From positions 1-46,585 of IMG/VR virus record IMGVR_UViG_3300032212_000026: a stretch of DNA of 46,585 nt. The stretch is one strand, 5' to 3'. The notes beneath the pieces are model-generated. The model was not told the origin of the DNA, searched no databases, and saw only the letters and a list, made by a program, of their open reading frames with translations. The translations under genes were made by a program, and so were the position numbers. This DNA comes from a virus. Its lineage: Duplodnaviria > Caudoviricetes. This document shows, piece after piece, positions 24,365 to 34,490 of the stretch (position 1 is the stretch's first letter; each line of letters opens with the position of its first letter).

Positions 24365-25155
24365 AGAAAACTCTATTAGAAGCAGTACAATCCATCCTAA
24401 GTGATATGGATAGTGACGAGGTTAACAGTTACGATGATACTGTTGAGTCTCTCCAAGTAGCTAACATACTCAAGAATAGCTACTTCTATCTCCTCAGCAT
24501 GAACGAGTGGCCTGAGAACAAGGAGTTGTTCACCCTTGAAGGCTTGGGGGATACAGATCAACCCTCTCACATGAAAGTACCTACCGATGTAATGCGAGTA
24601 GACTGGCTACGTTACGATGTACAAACAGCTACCAACACTAAGGTACGGTACACAGATATTAACTACCTTGGTCCAGAAGACTTTATTAACTACGTGAGTT
24701 CAAGAGATAGCTCGGAGTCAGAGGTACAACAAGTACTTCAAGATACATCTATTAAGCTACTCATCAGGAACGATCACGCCCCTACGTACTGGACTAGCTT
24801 TGATGATGAGCACATTGTATTCGATAGCTTTGATTCAGCCGTAGATACTACCCTTCAACAATCAAAGAGCCTAGCGTTTGGCCTTAAGCTCCCTACGTTC
24901 ACTCTAGATGATAGCTTTACACCTGACATGGACGAACACTTGTTTCCTCTGTGGGAGAACGAAGCCAAGAGCCAAGCGTTCCTTGAGTTGAAGCAACAAG
25001 CTAACCCTAAAGCAGAACAAAGGGCTCGTAAGCTCCTCACTAAACATGAGCAACGTGAAGACAGAATTAGACACGGTAACTATATGGGACCAGACTTCGG
25101 AAGACGAGGGCCTAAAGGATACCGTAACAATTTACCAGTAAACTTTGGAGAATAA
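24361..25155 (+). CDS. Tail tubular protein A / head-tail adaptor
   Basis: TLLEAVQSILSDMDSDEVNS and PTYWTSFDDEHIVFDS motifs; position. Confidence 0.8.
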   Translation: MKKTLLEAVQSILSDMDSDEVNSYDDTVESLQVANILKNSYFYLLSMNEWPENKELFTLEGLGDTDQPSHMKVPTDVMRVDWLRYDVQTATNTKVRYTDINYLGPEDFINYVSSRDSSESEVQQVLQDTSIKLLIRNDHAPTYWTSFDDEHIVFDSFDSAVDTTLQQSKSLAFGLKLPTFTLDDSFTPDMDEHLFPLWENEAKSQAFLELKQQANPKAEQRARKLLTKHEQREDRIRHGNYMGPDFGRRGPKGYRNNLPVNFGE

Positions 25156-25161
25156 TAAAAG

Positions 25162-25530
25162 ATGGCAAAAGCTACTTGGCTAGAAGAAGGTTTTGAAGAA
25201 GACGACGATCAAGAGAACGAGGTTAAAGCTTCGTTTCCTCTTAATGCAGATGGTGACACACTTTATCTTAAGCACGATGGACCTTATGGTTTCATTAAAG
25301 TGTTTAGCACTAGAGGTCCTGTGCCCGGTATCTTAGCTAACCAAGCTTGGACAGACATCATCTCAGCTAAGATCGCAGTACAAAACTATATCGAACGTAA
25401 CATCTCACCACCTAAGCTACGGCCTAAAGGGGAGCCTGCTAAGATTAAAAGTGCAGGAGCTACTAAAGCTAAGCAAACCCAAGTAGCTAACAAACAAGCG
25501 CAAGCATCATCTGAGGAACCTAATGGCTAA
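25162..25530 (+). CDS. Hypothetical protein
   Basis: 122-aa ORF coupled within the tail operon. Confidence 0.7.
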   Translation: MAKATWLEEGFEEDDDQENEVKASFPLNADGDTLYLKHDGPYGFIKVFSTRGPVPGILANQAWTDIISAKIAVQNYIERNISPPKLRPKGEPAKIKSAGATKAKQTQVANKQAQASSEEPNG

Positions 25531-27157
25531 GCTCACCTTATCTGATCTTACCTCACTAGCTAACGAAGCTTCAGCAATAGCAACGATCAACGCGAACAAT
25601 GCCTTGATTGAAGCAGCTATGGAGATTACGTTCAGTAGGGATGGTACTAGTCCTAATACATTATCTGATGACTTGGATATGAACAGCAACAGGATACTCA
25701 ATCTTCCTGACGCTACATCTAACCAAGAACCAGCTACGTACGCACAAGTCCTAGCTCTCTCAGGTATCTCACTAGATGATTGGGACCTCACTGGTACTCT
25801 CACAGTAGATACTATTAACGAACACACCTCTGCTGCTGGTGTTACAGTCGAAGGAGTTCTTCTCAAAGATAGTGATCTCACTGCTGTAGACGGTACGTTC
25901 TCTGGTGATATTTCAGTAGTTGATATTACTACAACAGGTGACGTTGGTGTAGGTAGAACTATTGAATCTGGTCGCACCCTCACGGTTGATGGAGACATCG
26001 CTGTTATTGGAGATAGCGCAGCCTCAGCTATGTACCTAGACAGCTTTGGTACAACTGGTGGTACAGTTCCTATTATTCTTGGACGTAGGTCTAGGGGTAC
26101 GTATGGGTCTCCAGCGGCAGTACAATCTGCTGACGTTCTGTTCAGGCTAGATGCCAGAGCTTACGACGGTACAGCGTACACAGATACGGGCGGTTCAATT
26201 GTTATCCGAGCCACAGAAAATTGGACAGGGACAGATCACGGTTCTGAAATCCTTATCAGTACTACGGCTGATGGTGGAGCAAACACTATCGAAAGGTTTA
26301 GGGTAGCCGAAGATGGTGGTATGTTCAGTAAGAACGCTACTGGTGGCTCCCAAGGTGTAGACACTATCAACGCTAAGAACTATTACAAAGATGGTGTAGC
26401 GTTTGGTACTGGTGTTGGTGACTTACTCGCAGCGAATAACCTTAGTGATGTAGGCAGTGTAGCCACAGCTAGAACTAACCTAGGAGTAGACGCAGCAGGT
26501 ACAGATAACTCAACAGACGTTACACTAGCTGGTTCACTCGATTACATCACTATCTCTGGTCAAGAGATCACACGTAACGCTATTGACCTCACTACAGATA
26601 TCACAGGTAACCTACCAGTAGGAAACCTCAACAGTGGTACGAGCGCTACAACCAGTACGTTCTGGCGAGGTGATGGTACTTGGGCTGCACCTGACAGTGG
26701 TGGCTGGACTAAGCACGGTACTGTACATTCTAGTCCTTCATCTACAGAACTTGAGTGGACGAGTATTCCTAGTACAGTTAACCAAATTAAGATCGCGTTC
26801 ACTGGGTCTACTAAGACCGCTGGCAATGAGATGACAGTTAAAGTTGGTATATCCTCAGGGTACGGGGCTAGTACTTACTCAGGTAAAGTTAACGGACCTT
26901 CCTCAGGTACAGTTTGGGTAGGTGAAGCTGATCTCACTAGAGGTTCAGGAGCTTCTGATCCAGTTCACGGAGAGATTAACATAGTAAATACGACAGGTAA
27001 TGCCTACTTACTCAATAGTAACGTGACTAACGCCTCTGGTAACTCTTATATGGGGGGTGGTTCAGTATCCACTTCAAGTACTTTGGACCGTGTTAAGCTT
27101 TCACTCGATGGTGCAGGCAGTTACAACGGTGGCGTCTACGCTCTGTATTATCAATAA
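25523..27157 (+). CDS. Tail fibre protein
   Basis: N-terminal anchor [27 protein letters not shown]; modules [39 protein letters not shown]. Confidence 0.85.
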   Translation: MAKLTLSDLTSLANEASAIATINANNALIEAAMEITFSRDGTSPNTLSDDLDMNSNRILNLPDATSNQEPATYAQVLALSGISLDDWDLTGTLTVDTINEHTSAAGVTVEGVLLKDSDLTAVDGTFSGDISVVDITTTGDVGVGRTIESGRTLTVDGDIAVIGDSAASAMYLDSFGTTGGTVPIILGRRSRGTYGSPAAVQSADVLFRLDARAYDGTAYTDTGGSIVIRATENWTGTDHGSEILISTTADGGANTIERFRVAEDGGMFSKNATGGSQGVDTINAKNYYKDGVAFGTGVGDLLAANNLSDVGSVATARTNLGVDAAGTDNSTDVTLAGSLDYITISGQEITRNAIDLTTDITGNLPVGNLNSGTSATTSTFWRGDGTWAAPDSGGWTKHGTVHSSPSSTELEWTSIPSTVNQIKIAFTGSTKTAGNEMTVKVGISSGYGASTYSGKVNGPSSGTVWVGEADLTRGSGASDPVHGEINIVNTTGNAYLLNSNVTNASGNSYMGGGSVSTSSTLDRVKLSLDGAGSYNGGVYALYYQ

Positions 27158-27166
27158 GGAATAGTT

Positions 27167-29338
27167 GTGGCTAGATCACAAGTCAACATACAGCCTTACG
27201 TATCTTTTGTTCGTGGGTTAATTACTGAAGCTAGTGAGCTTACTTATCCTGAGAACGCCTCTCAAGATGAGCTTAACTGTATCCTTGAAAAGAAAGGTAA
27301 CAGAACTCGTAGGTTAGGTATTGACTTTGAGACAGGGTACAGTGAGAGTACACAAGACTTCACTACAGCAGAGATAACAGAGAACGCCATGGCTTCAGGT
27401 GTTTGGAAAGCTGTTGCTGGTGATGGTAACCTCAACTTTGTAGTTGTACAAGTAGGTAACACTCTTCTGTTCTACGATGCAGGATCAGTACCTCTTAGCT
27501 CAGGCTTAAAGAGTTTCACTGTTGACCTAAGCACGTACACAGCTTCAGGTGCTACCCAACCAGAGTTAGTCCAAGTAGAGATGGCTAGTGGTAAAGGGTA
27601 CTTGTTTATTACTTCTGAACGTATCGACCCTATCTATATCACTCACGACCCAGACCTAGATACTATCACAGTCACTGAGTGTAACATTGAGATACGAGAC
27701 TTTGATGGGGTAGATGATGGGCTTGAGATTGATGAGACACCAGTAACTCTTAGTACTCTTCACAACTACAATCTTAATAACCAAGGGTGGTACATTGATG
27801 ATGTGAGGCTTGATGGCCCGTCTATTGGTGACCCCCTTACTAAGTTCTTTAACAGTGAAGGTGAGTATCCATCTAACAGCTACGTTTGGTGGTTGATGAA
27901 GGACCTTCAAGCTCAATTTAATCCTGAGTGGAGAGAGACTTTACCTAGGGGTACAACTGAAGCCCCTAAAGGACATTACATTCTCAACCCTTTCTATAAA
28001 GATAGGAACGCAGCGAGTGGTTTGAGTGGTATAGCTGTTGAAAGTATTGCCTCTAGACCCACAGCAGTAGCTTTCTTTGCTGGTAGAGTGTGGTACGCCG
28101 GTCAGAAAGGTGCAGATATCAATGATAACATCTTTTATTCCCAGATTATCGAAGCACCACAGAATATTGGACGCTGTTATCAAGAGAACGACCCTACAGC
28201 CGAGGACCTGAGTGACGTTTTAGCTACTGATGGAGGTGTAATCATCATCTCTGATATAGGTAACGTACTTAAAATGGTACCTGTAGGAGATAGTTTAGTC
28301 CTTTTCTGTACTAATGGGGTGTGGAGTATCGGTGGTACAGATGGAGGGTTCACAGCTACTGATATCTCTATCCGTAAGATCACCAGTACGTCTGCTATCA
28401 ACCCTAAAGCTATCGTAGAGGTAGAAGGTACCCCTGTTTGGTGGTCTAGTCACGGTATTTACTCCCTTCAAGAGAGTGATGTGTCTGGTTTCCTTCAAGC
28501 AGTGAGCCTCACAGACAATACCATTAAGACTTTCTACGAAGACATCCCTTTACTCTCTAAGTTGTACGCACAAGGAGCCTTTGATCCAGTAACACGTAAG
28601 ATTCAATGGGTTTACAGCAGTACTACACCTACAGATGAGCAAAACAGGTTTGTTTACGACAGAGTACTTAACTTTGACTTCGATCTTCAAGCTTTCTACC
28701 CGTGGTCTATCGAAGGTTTAGCTGCTGACACACCAGTAGTAACTAGTATCGTCACGTTTCCTGCTCTTTCGAGTACTACGTCCACGTTTAACGTTATTGA
28801 TGGTTTAGGTCAGCAAGTAATTGACGCATCTCTTAACGATGTAGTAGCTGATGCCAACGTACTCTCTAGTGTAGAGGGTGGTATCAAGTTCCTTACTGTA
28901 GTAGTAGACGGCTCTTTCTTCGAGGTAACGTTCAGTGAGTTTAACAACGAGGGTAACCTAGATTGGGAGACTGAAGACAGTACAGGGGTTGAGTACAGCT
29001 CTTATCTTGTCACTGGGTACGAGTTGTTCGGAGATATAGCTAGGTTTAAACAAGCTCCTTATGTTTATACGTACCTTAAAGATAACGACGATTTCGACAA
29101 TCACAGCCTTTATCTTCAGGGTAGGTGGGACTTCTCCAACGCTGGTAATAGCGGTAAGTGGACAAGCAAGTTCCAAACGTATAGAGATATTGGTAACACT
29201 AACACTGAAGTACTTGTTACTCGACATAAATTTAGAGGCAAAGGACGAGCACTTCAATTTTACTATGAGTCCGACGGTGTTAATAAGTTTAACATCCTTG
29301 GTTGGGCCATTACAGCACAAGGTAACACAGAGGTTTAA
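27167..29338 (+). CDS. Tail tubular protein B / nozzle
   Basis: 723 aa, beta-propeller-like; FVRGLITEAS, FFAGRVWYAG, CYQENDPTAE, RGKGRALQF. Confidence 0.85.
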   Translation: MARSQVNIQPYVSFVRGLITEASELTYPENASQDELNCILEKKGNRTRRLGIDFETGYSESTQDFTTAEITENAMASGVWKAVAGDGNLNFVVVQVGNTLLFYDAGSVPLSSGLKSFTVDLSTYTASGATQPELVQVEMASGKGYLFITSERIDPIYITHDPDLDTITVTECNIEIRDFDGVDDGLEIDETPVTLSTLHNYNLNNQGWYIDDVRLDGPSIGDPLTKFFNSEGEYPSNSYVWWLMKDLQAQFNPEWRETLPRGTTEAPKGHYILNPFYKDRNAASGLSGIAVESIASRPTAVAFFAGRVWYAGQKGADINDNIFYSQIIEAPQNIGRCYQENDPTAEDLSDVLATDGGVIIISDIGNVLKMVPVGDSLVLFCTNGVWSIGGTDGGFTATDISIRKITSTSAINPKAIVEVEGTPVWWSSHGIYSLQESDVSGFLQAVSLTDNTIKTFYEDIPLLSKLYAQGAFDPVTRKIQWVYSSTTPTDEQNRFVYDRVLNFDFDLQAFYPWSIEGLAADTPVVTSIVTFPALSSTTSTFNVIDGLGQQVIDASLNDVVADANVLSSVEGGIKFLTVVVDGSFFEVTFSEFNNEGNLDWETEDSTGVEYSSYLVTGYELFGDIARFKQAPYVYTYLKDNDDFDNHSLYLQGRWDFSNAGNSGKWTSKFQTYRDIGNTNTEVLVTRHKFRGKGRALQFYYESDGVNKFNILGWAITAQGNTEV

Positions 29339-29344
29339 AAGACT

Positions 29345-29923
29345 ATGGCATTTCTTGCTTCAACTATAGCGGCCCTATCAGCAGCCTTGCTCCCAGAAGC
29401 AGCAGTCACAGCGGCAGGTACTACAGCAGCAGTAGGTTCAGGTGTGGCAGGTGGGGGTACCGCAGCAGCAGGTATCTTAGGTACTGGTGTTACAGCTACG
29501 CAACTTGCAGCAGGTGGTACGCTAGCTAGTGGAGCAGGACAAGCAGTCACAGGGGCTAAGGCAGCAGCAGCTACATCAGCAGCACAAGAGCTACAAAAAG
29601 CTAAGAATAGAATGCAAGCAGCCCGTGAACGCCGTAGGATCGTCCGTGAGAGCCAAGCAGCTAGAGCTAGTGTGATTGCCCAGTCTGAAGCTCAAGGCGT
29701 TGAGAGCGGCTCTACGGCCCGTATAGGGGCAACACAGGGTATCCAGTCCCAAGAACAAGAAGGTTTGAAGTTCAGTGCAACACAAGAACGTATAGCAGAT
29801 AGAGCTGGAAGTTTCCTTAACGAAGCTGCACGACAGCAACAACGATCTAACCTGTTCGGTGCAGGTGTGAACGTAGGTAATCAATTCCTTAAATCAAGAG
29901 AACTAGGATTGTTTGGTGGTTGA
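29345..29923 (+). CDS. Small internal virion (ejection) protein
   Basis: A/G-rich hydrophobic N-terminus plus a basic helical region; first of three genes after the nozzle. Confidence 0.7.
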   Translation: MAFLASTIAALSAALLPEAAVTAAGTTAAVGSGVAGGGTAAAGILGTGVTATQLAAGGTLASGAGQAVTGAKAAAATSAAQELQKAKNRMQAARERRRIVRESQAARASVIAQSEAQGVESGSTARIGATQGIQSQEQEGLKFSATQERIADRAGSFLNEAARQQQRSNLFGAGVNVGNQFLKSRELGLFGG

Positions 29924-32900
29924 TCTAAATCAAGGTGAAGGTGTAGTACTTCAAGAGCCCGATCCAGTAAAAACAGAAGTTAAAGACGCAAGACGGTTGA
30001 GTGAGCAAGGCTTGTTAGCTGAGAGTAATCTTGGTTTGTTAAAGCCTCCGTTTGCTGATGTAGATGCTTATCTCGAAACACAACGTAAGATGGCTCAAGC
30101 TATTATCGAACAGTACGGTGAGCGTGAGTACAGAAAGAGACTAGCAGATGCTAGAATGAACCAAGCTATTGATGCTACCGTTGAAGAACTTAGTACTCTT
30201 GAGAACACTCCTGAAGATTTGAGTAGGGGTAAAGAAATTCTAGAGTACTTGAACGGTACTGAACGAGATGATTACATAGGTACACTTGAAGATAGTGCAG
30301 GGTCAGAAGTATCAGACTTAGCTCATCAAGAACAAGCTATGCAAGATCTCGTAGCTGAACAAGGCTGGGATAACAGTGACATCTTGAGAGATATGCAAGT
30401 TAAAACTGCTATGACTCAAGAAGCTATGCGTAGACTTGAAACAATTAGAGAACAAGAAGGGTTTGTACATAACACAGGAGAGTTCTTAGTTAGGTTAATT
30501 CCTTTTGTTGACACGTACCAAAGTAACATAGCTGCTGGTGATCTAGGAGAGTCTTTGCTCGGGTTTGGTAATATTAATACCACACTTAATAAAGTAAGTA
30601 AAATGTCTCCTCTTGAGTACGGTAGATGGCTCGATGGTTTCTTGTCTAGGATGGACGAAGGTAACATCTCTTACGCTCTAGATTTCCTAAGAGTGTTGCA
30701 AGAAGACGATAAATCTGCCGCTACAATAGCAGGAGCAATCGAGGTAGTAGATACCATTCCGTTCTTAGGTACAGCATTTAAGCTAGGAAAAGGCGTAGTA
30801 AGCGGTGGAAAATCACTCAGTCTTGCTGGAGGTAAAGGTGGTGCAGCACAACAAACTGTACAAGAACTCCTTACTAACACAGCAGATGAGCAAACACTAG
30901 ACTTAGCTAACCCTACTCTTATGGTTCCAACAGAACAGCTGTCAGTAGGTGTAAGTGGAGCAGTACAAAAGACTCTTGAACGTAACGAAAGACTTTCTGA
31001 AGCTATTCTTAGGGTTACTACTAACGAACGCCTTAACGATGAAGCTCTTGAAGGTGGGTCTTCTGTTCGTGAGATGGCTATTGAAAGCACTAGAGCCAGG
31101 ATCAGAGAAGATTTTGATAACAACGTAATCTTTCCTGATATTGATGTAGAAGTAGATCCAGTTACTAAGGTACGGACTGTTACAGGTTACGTAGGCATGG
31201 AAGACTCAGGGTTTCCTAGTGAACTTACTGCTAACTTGTACGCTCAAACTAACATGGGCTTGAAGAAAGGTGCGTACGATATTTACACAGACCCTAGTGG
31301 TTTGAAGTACATCGAAGTTAAACGTCACGTAGCTGAGACAGGGGTTAGCCCACTCAATGCGTACGCTCCAGAGTACAGAGACCAGCGTGTAGGGTTTATG
31401 CGTAGGTGGGTGTTTGGTGCGTCTACTACTAACGAGCCTAGAACACAACAGATCGCTGATTTGAGTGACGCAGCTAAAGCTAAGGTTAATGCGTTGTACG
31501 GTGAGATGCAAAAGTCTCTCAAGCCTCTTAACAAGAAGCAACGTAAAGACCTAGAGATGGCTTTGAGTATGAGCCACACACAAGAAGAATGGTGGGATCT
31601 AGAGAAACTAACTAACTTCTATCAAAACCAACTAGATGCTAAAGATAACCTCGTCATAGGTAGAGCACCTACTGAAGCAGAGATACAATCGTACTACTCT
31701 ATCAAACAGATGATGGACTTAGACTTTCATATCCGTAACGGTAAAACTTACAAAGACTTGGCTACTAGAGGGTACAGAAAAGCTACTATCTCTAGCCCTA
31801 ACTGGCCTGAAGACTTAGAAATTAACGCTATTATACACGCTAAGCCTCTACACACAGAGGACGTTAAGTTTTGGGATGTTGAAGTTGGGTACGTAAGAGG
31901 CGTAGAACCGCACGATATAGATGGATTAGTAGAACAAGGGTACGTATTCCTTCAACCACAGACTAACAGACTTGCTTTCATGGAAGAGAGTGGGGCTGAA
32001 GTTATTATGGTTAAACGTAAGAACCTGTCAGATACTATCATTGACCCTTGGCAACTTGGTTACGTTGGTGGTGGGCACAGACTGTACGATACTCCTTGGT
32101 TCGTTAAACAAAACAAACGTAGCGAATTTAACGGTAACACTAAGTACTTGAGACCTTTTGTACACTACGCAGGAGATAACCTTAAAGAACTTCAAGAACA
32201 TGTAATCAAGCTAGAGAAGAATAGAGTAGCTTACAAGGCTGTACGTGATGGAGAGATGTCTGAGCTAGACGCAGATAGAATTATTCGTAACACTATTCCT
32301 GGTATGACTTACAAAGAGATGGATCACCTAGCTACTAAAGGTGCGTTCGATGTAGATGAGCCTTACCAGATTGTACGTGATGGTCAGAACCCAGATCCAC
32401 TACTTCAATCAGCTGGAGCTAGAGCGTTTGATCACGGAGATCTTCCTAACGCTGTTGAATGGATGGATACTTCAGGTAGGATGTACTACGGTAACAGAGG
32501 TACACACCTTCCTGATATCCACGGTAATCCTGCTCCTGTTGTAGCTCCTTACGATGCTGCATCTAGGGCCTTAGCTAATAGTCTTAACACTAAGGCGTTT
32601 CAAGATTACCAGTTTGAAGCAGTAGAGCGGTGGGTTAATACGTTTGGAGCACCGGGTGGACCTCTTCAAGATTTAGGAGCTAAGGCTAACACACCGTACG
32701 AAAGGTTCAGGCACAGCACAGTAGACTCTAACCACCCTCAAGCACAAGCAGCTCTTACAGCAAGAGAACATATCAACGCTTTGCTAGGGGTTAAGACTGA
32801 AAGTGCTCAACGGTGGGAACGTAGGATGTACGACCTCGCTGAGACTATGAGTGCTAAAGGTGGAGTAGGAGCTAAAGCAGGTAAGTGGGTATGGGATATT

Positions 32901-34484
32901 AAAAGCAAAGATCCACTCACTGCTTCTCGTTCTATGGTGTTTGATGCTAAGCTAGGCTTCTTTGGTGTAGACCAACTCCTACTTCAAACACAGACTGCTT
33001 TTACTATTACAGCTATTGACCCTAAGAACGGAGCAGTAGCGTGGAAGAACCTGCCTATCCTTCGTGCTGCTATGATTAACGGTACTGATGAGTACACAGC
33101 ACACTGGACTGCTAAGATTGCAGAGGCTACAGGTGAGAACCCTGAGTGGTTTGGAGAGATGGTTGATGTACTTAAGAACTCAGGTATCACTGATATCGGT
33201 AGAGAGCTAGCTATCCTCAATGATTACAGCTCAGCTACAGTGTACAACTCAGCAGTAGCTCAGAACGCAGATAAGGTACGTCAATGGGGTAGGTGGTTCT
33301 TCTACGAAGGTGAGCGTATTAATAAGATCGTAGGATTTAACGTAGCTTACAGACGTTGGAGAGAGGCTAACCCTAACGCAGTCTTAAAGAGAGCAGATGG
33401 TACGTTTGATCCTGATATCTTGGGTGAACTAGTAAACCAAACTAACGTATTCTCTGTTAACATGACTCGTTCAGCTGCTGCTTGGTGGCAGAAAGGTGTG
33501 ATGAGTGTACCTACACAGTTCGCTTCTTATCAAGCTAGGTTGTTGGAGCTTATGTTGCCTCAAGTTATGGGGGGTAGCAAGGCCCTTACTTCTAAGGAGA
33601 AGATGCAACTAGCTCTAGGTCAAGTGTTCCTTTACGGTAGTGCTGGTGTTCCTACTACAATGGGAGTACAGAAGCTTTACGAGAACGCAGTAGGTGAAAA
33701 CATTCCTGAAGGTCCTGCACAAGACGTACTTATGGATGGCTTATGGGATAGTGTTATCTTTCCTATTGTGTTTGGGATTGAAGGCACAGCTTTTAAAACT
33801 AGAGCTGGTGTGTTTGGTCAAGATTCTCTAATAACTGATATGTGGGATCCAGACACTAAGTGGAGTAACATAGCAGGTGGTGCTGTCTTTAGTACAGGTA
33901 ACGACTTAGCTGATGCAGTACTCCAGCTTAATAGACTTGCTTACGTACAAAACACAGATGAAGTTATCCCTATCTCTTTAGATGTCCTTAGTGATATTAT
34001 GAAAGTACCTAGTACTGGGTCACGTATCGCTAGAGCTAGACGAGCTTACCTTACAGGGTACTACGTTAATAAAAGAGGTAGGTTGGTAGATTCAGTAACT
34101 AGGAAACAGGCTTTAGCTATTGCTGGTGGTATCCCTCTTAAATCTGCTGAAGAAATCCAATCTCTTAACGAGAGTACTTTTGATATAAAGAAACATGAAC
34201 AAGAGATTGCTTCAGAGATCAGACAGTACAAGATTGATGCTCTTGCTGCTCTAGGTAGAGGCGATAAAGAAGCTGCTAACGCTAAGATGATGCGATACTA
34301 CGCCATTCTTCAAGTAGAGTTTGGTGATAACGTAGTAGCTAAGAACAGAGTTCGTAAAATTAGTAACGTTGGGTTCCAGACTCATTACGACAGAACTTTG
34401 ATGGAAGCATTGAAGCACAACGAACTTAAGTCAGAGGCTAAGAGAGCTATCAGACGTAAACAACGAGAAAGAGAAGGCGAGTAG
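29913..34484 (+). CDS. Large internal virion (ejection) protein
   Basis: 1523 aa; position and size typical of podovirus core proteins. Confidence 0.75.
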   Translation: MVVDLNQGEGVVLQEPDPVKTEVKDARRLSEQGLLAESNLGLLKPPFADVDAYLETQRKMAQAIIEQYGEREYRKRLADARMNQAIDATVEELSTLENTPEDLSRGKEILEYLNGTERDDYIGTLEDSAGSEVSDLAHQEQAMQDLVAEQGWDNSDILRDMQVKTAMTQEAMRRLETIREQEGFVHNTGEFLVRLIPFVDTYQSNIAAGDLGESLLGFGNINTTLNKVSKMSPLEYGRWLDGFLSRMDEGNISYALDFLRVLQEDDKSAATIAGAIEVVDTIPFLGTAFKLGKGVVSGGKSLSLAGGKGGAAQQTVQELLTNTADEQTLDLANPTLMVPTEQLSVGVSGAVQKTLERNERLSEAILRVTTNERLNDEALEGGSSVREMAIESTRARIREDFDNNVIFPDIDVEVDPVTKVRTVTGYVGMEDSGFPSELTANLYAQTNMGLKKGAYDIYTDPSGLKYIEVKRHVAETGVSPLNAYAPEYRDQRVGFMRRWVFGASTTNEPRTQQIADLSDAAKAKVNALYGEMQKSLKPLNKKQRKDLEMALSMSHTQEEWWDLEKLTNFYQNQLDAKDNLVIGRAPTEAEIQSYYSIKQMMDLDFHIRNGKTYKDLATRGYRKATISSPNWPEDLEINAIIHAKPLHTEDVKFWDVEVGYVRGVEPHDIDGLVEQGYVFLQPQTNRLAFMEESGAEVIMVKRKNLSDTIIDPWQLGYVGGGHRLYDTPWFVKQNKRSEFNGNTKYLRPFVHYAGDNLKELQEHVIKLEKNRVAYKAVRDGEMSELDADRIIRNTIPGMTYKEMDHLATKGAFDVDEPYQIVRDGQNPDPLLQSAGARAFDHGDLPNAVEWMDTSGRMYYGNRGTHLPDIHGNPAPVVAPYDAASRALANSLNTKAFQDYQFEAVERWVNTFGAPGGPLQDLGAKANTPYERFRHSTVDSNHPQAQAALTAREHINALLGVKTESAQRWERRMYDLAETMSAKGGVGAKAGKWVWDIKSKDPLTASRSMVFDAKLGFFGVDQLLLQTQTAFTITAIDPKNGAVAWKNLPILRAAMINGTDEYTAHWTAKIAEATGENPEWFGEMVDVLKNSGITDIGRELAILNDYSSATVYNSAVAQNADKVRQWGRWFFYEGERINKIVGFNVAYRRWREANPNAVLKRADGTFDPDILGELVNQTNVFSVNMTRSAAAWWQKGVMSVPTQFASYQARLLELMLPQVMGGSKALTSKEKMQLALGQVFLYGSAGVPTTMGVQKLYENAVGENIPEGPAQDVLMDGLWDSVIFPIVFGIEGTAFKTRAGVFGQDSLITDMWDPDTKWSNIAGGAVFSTGNDLADAVLQLNRLAYVQNTDEVIPISLDVLSDIMKVPSTGSRIARARRAYLTGYYVNKRGRLVDSVTRKQALAIAGGIPLKSAEEIQSLNESTFDIKKHEQEIASEIRQYKIDALAALGRGDKEAANAKMMRYYAILQVEFGDNVVAKNRVRKISNVGFQTHYDRTLMEALKHNELKSEAKRAIRRKQREREGE

Positions 34485-34490
34485 AACAGT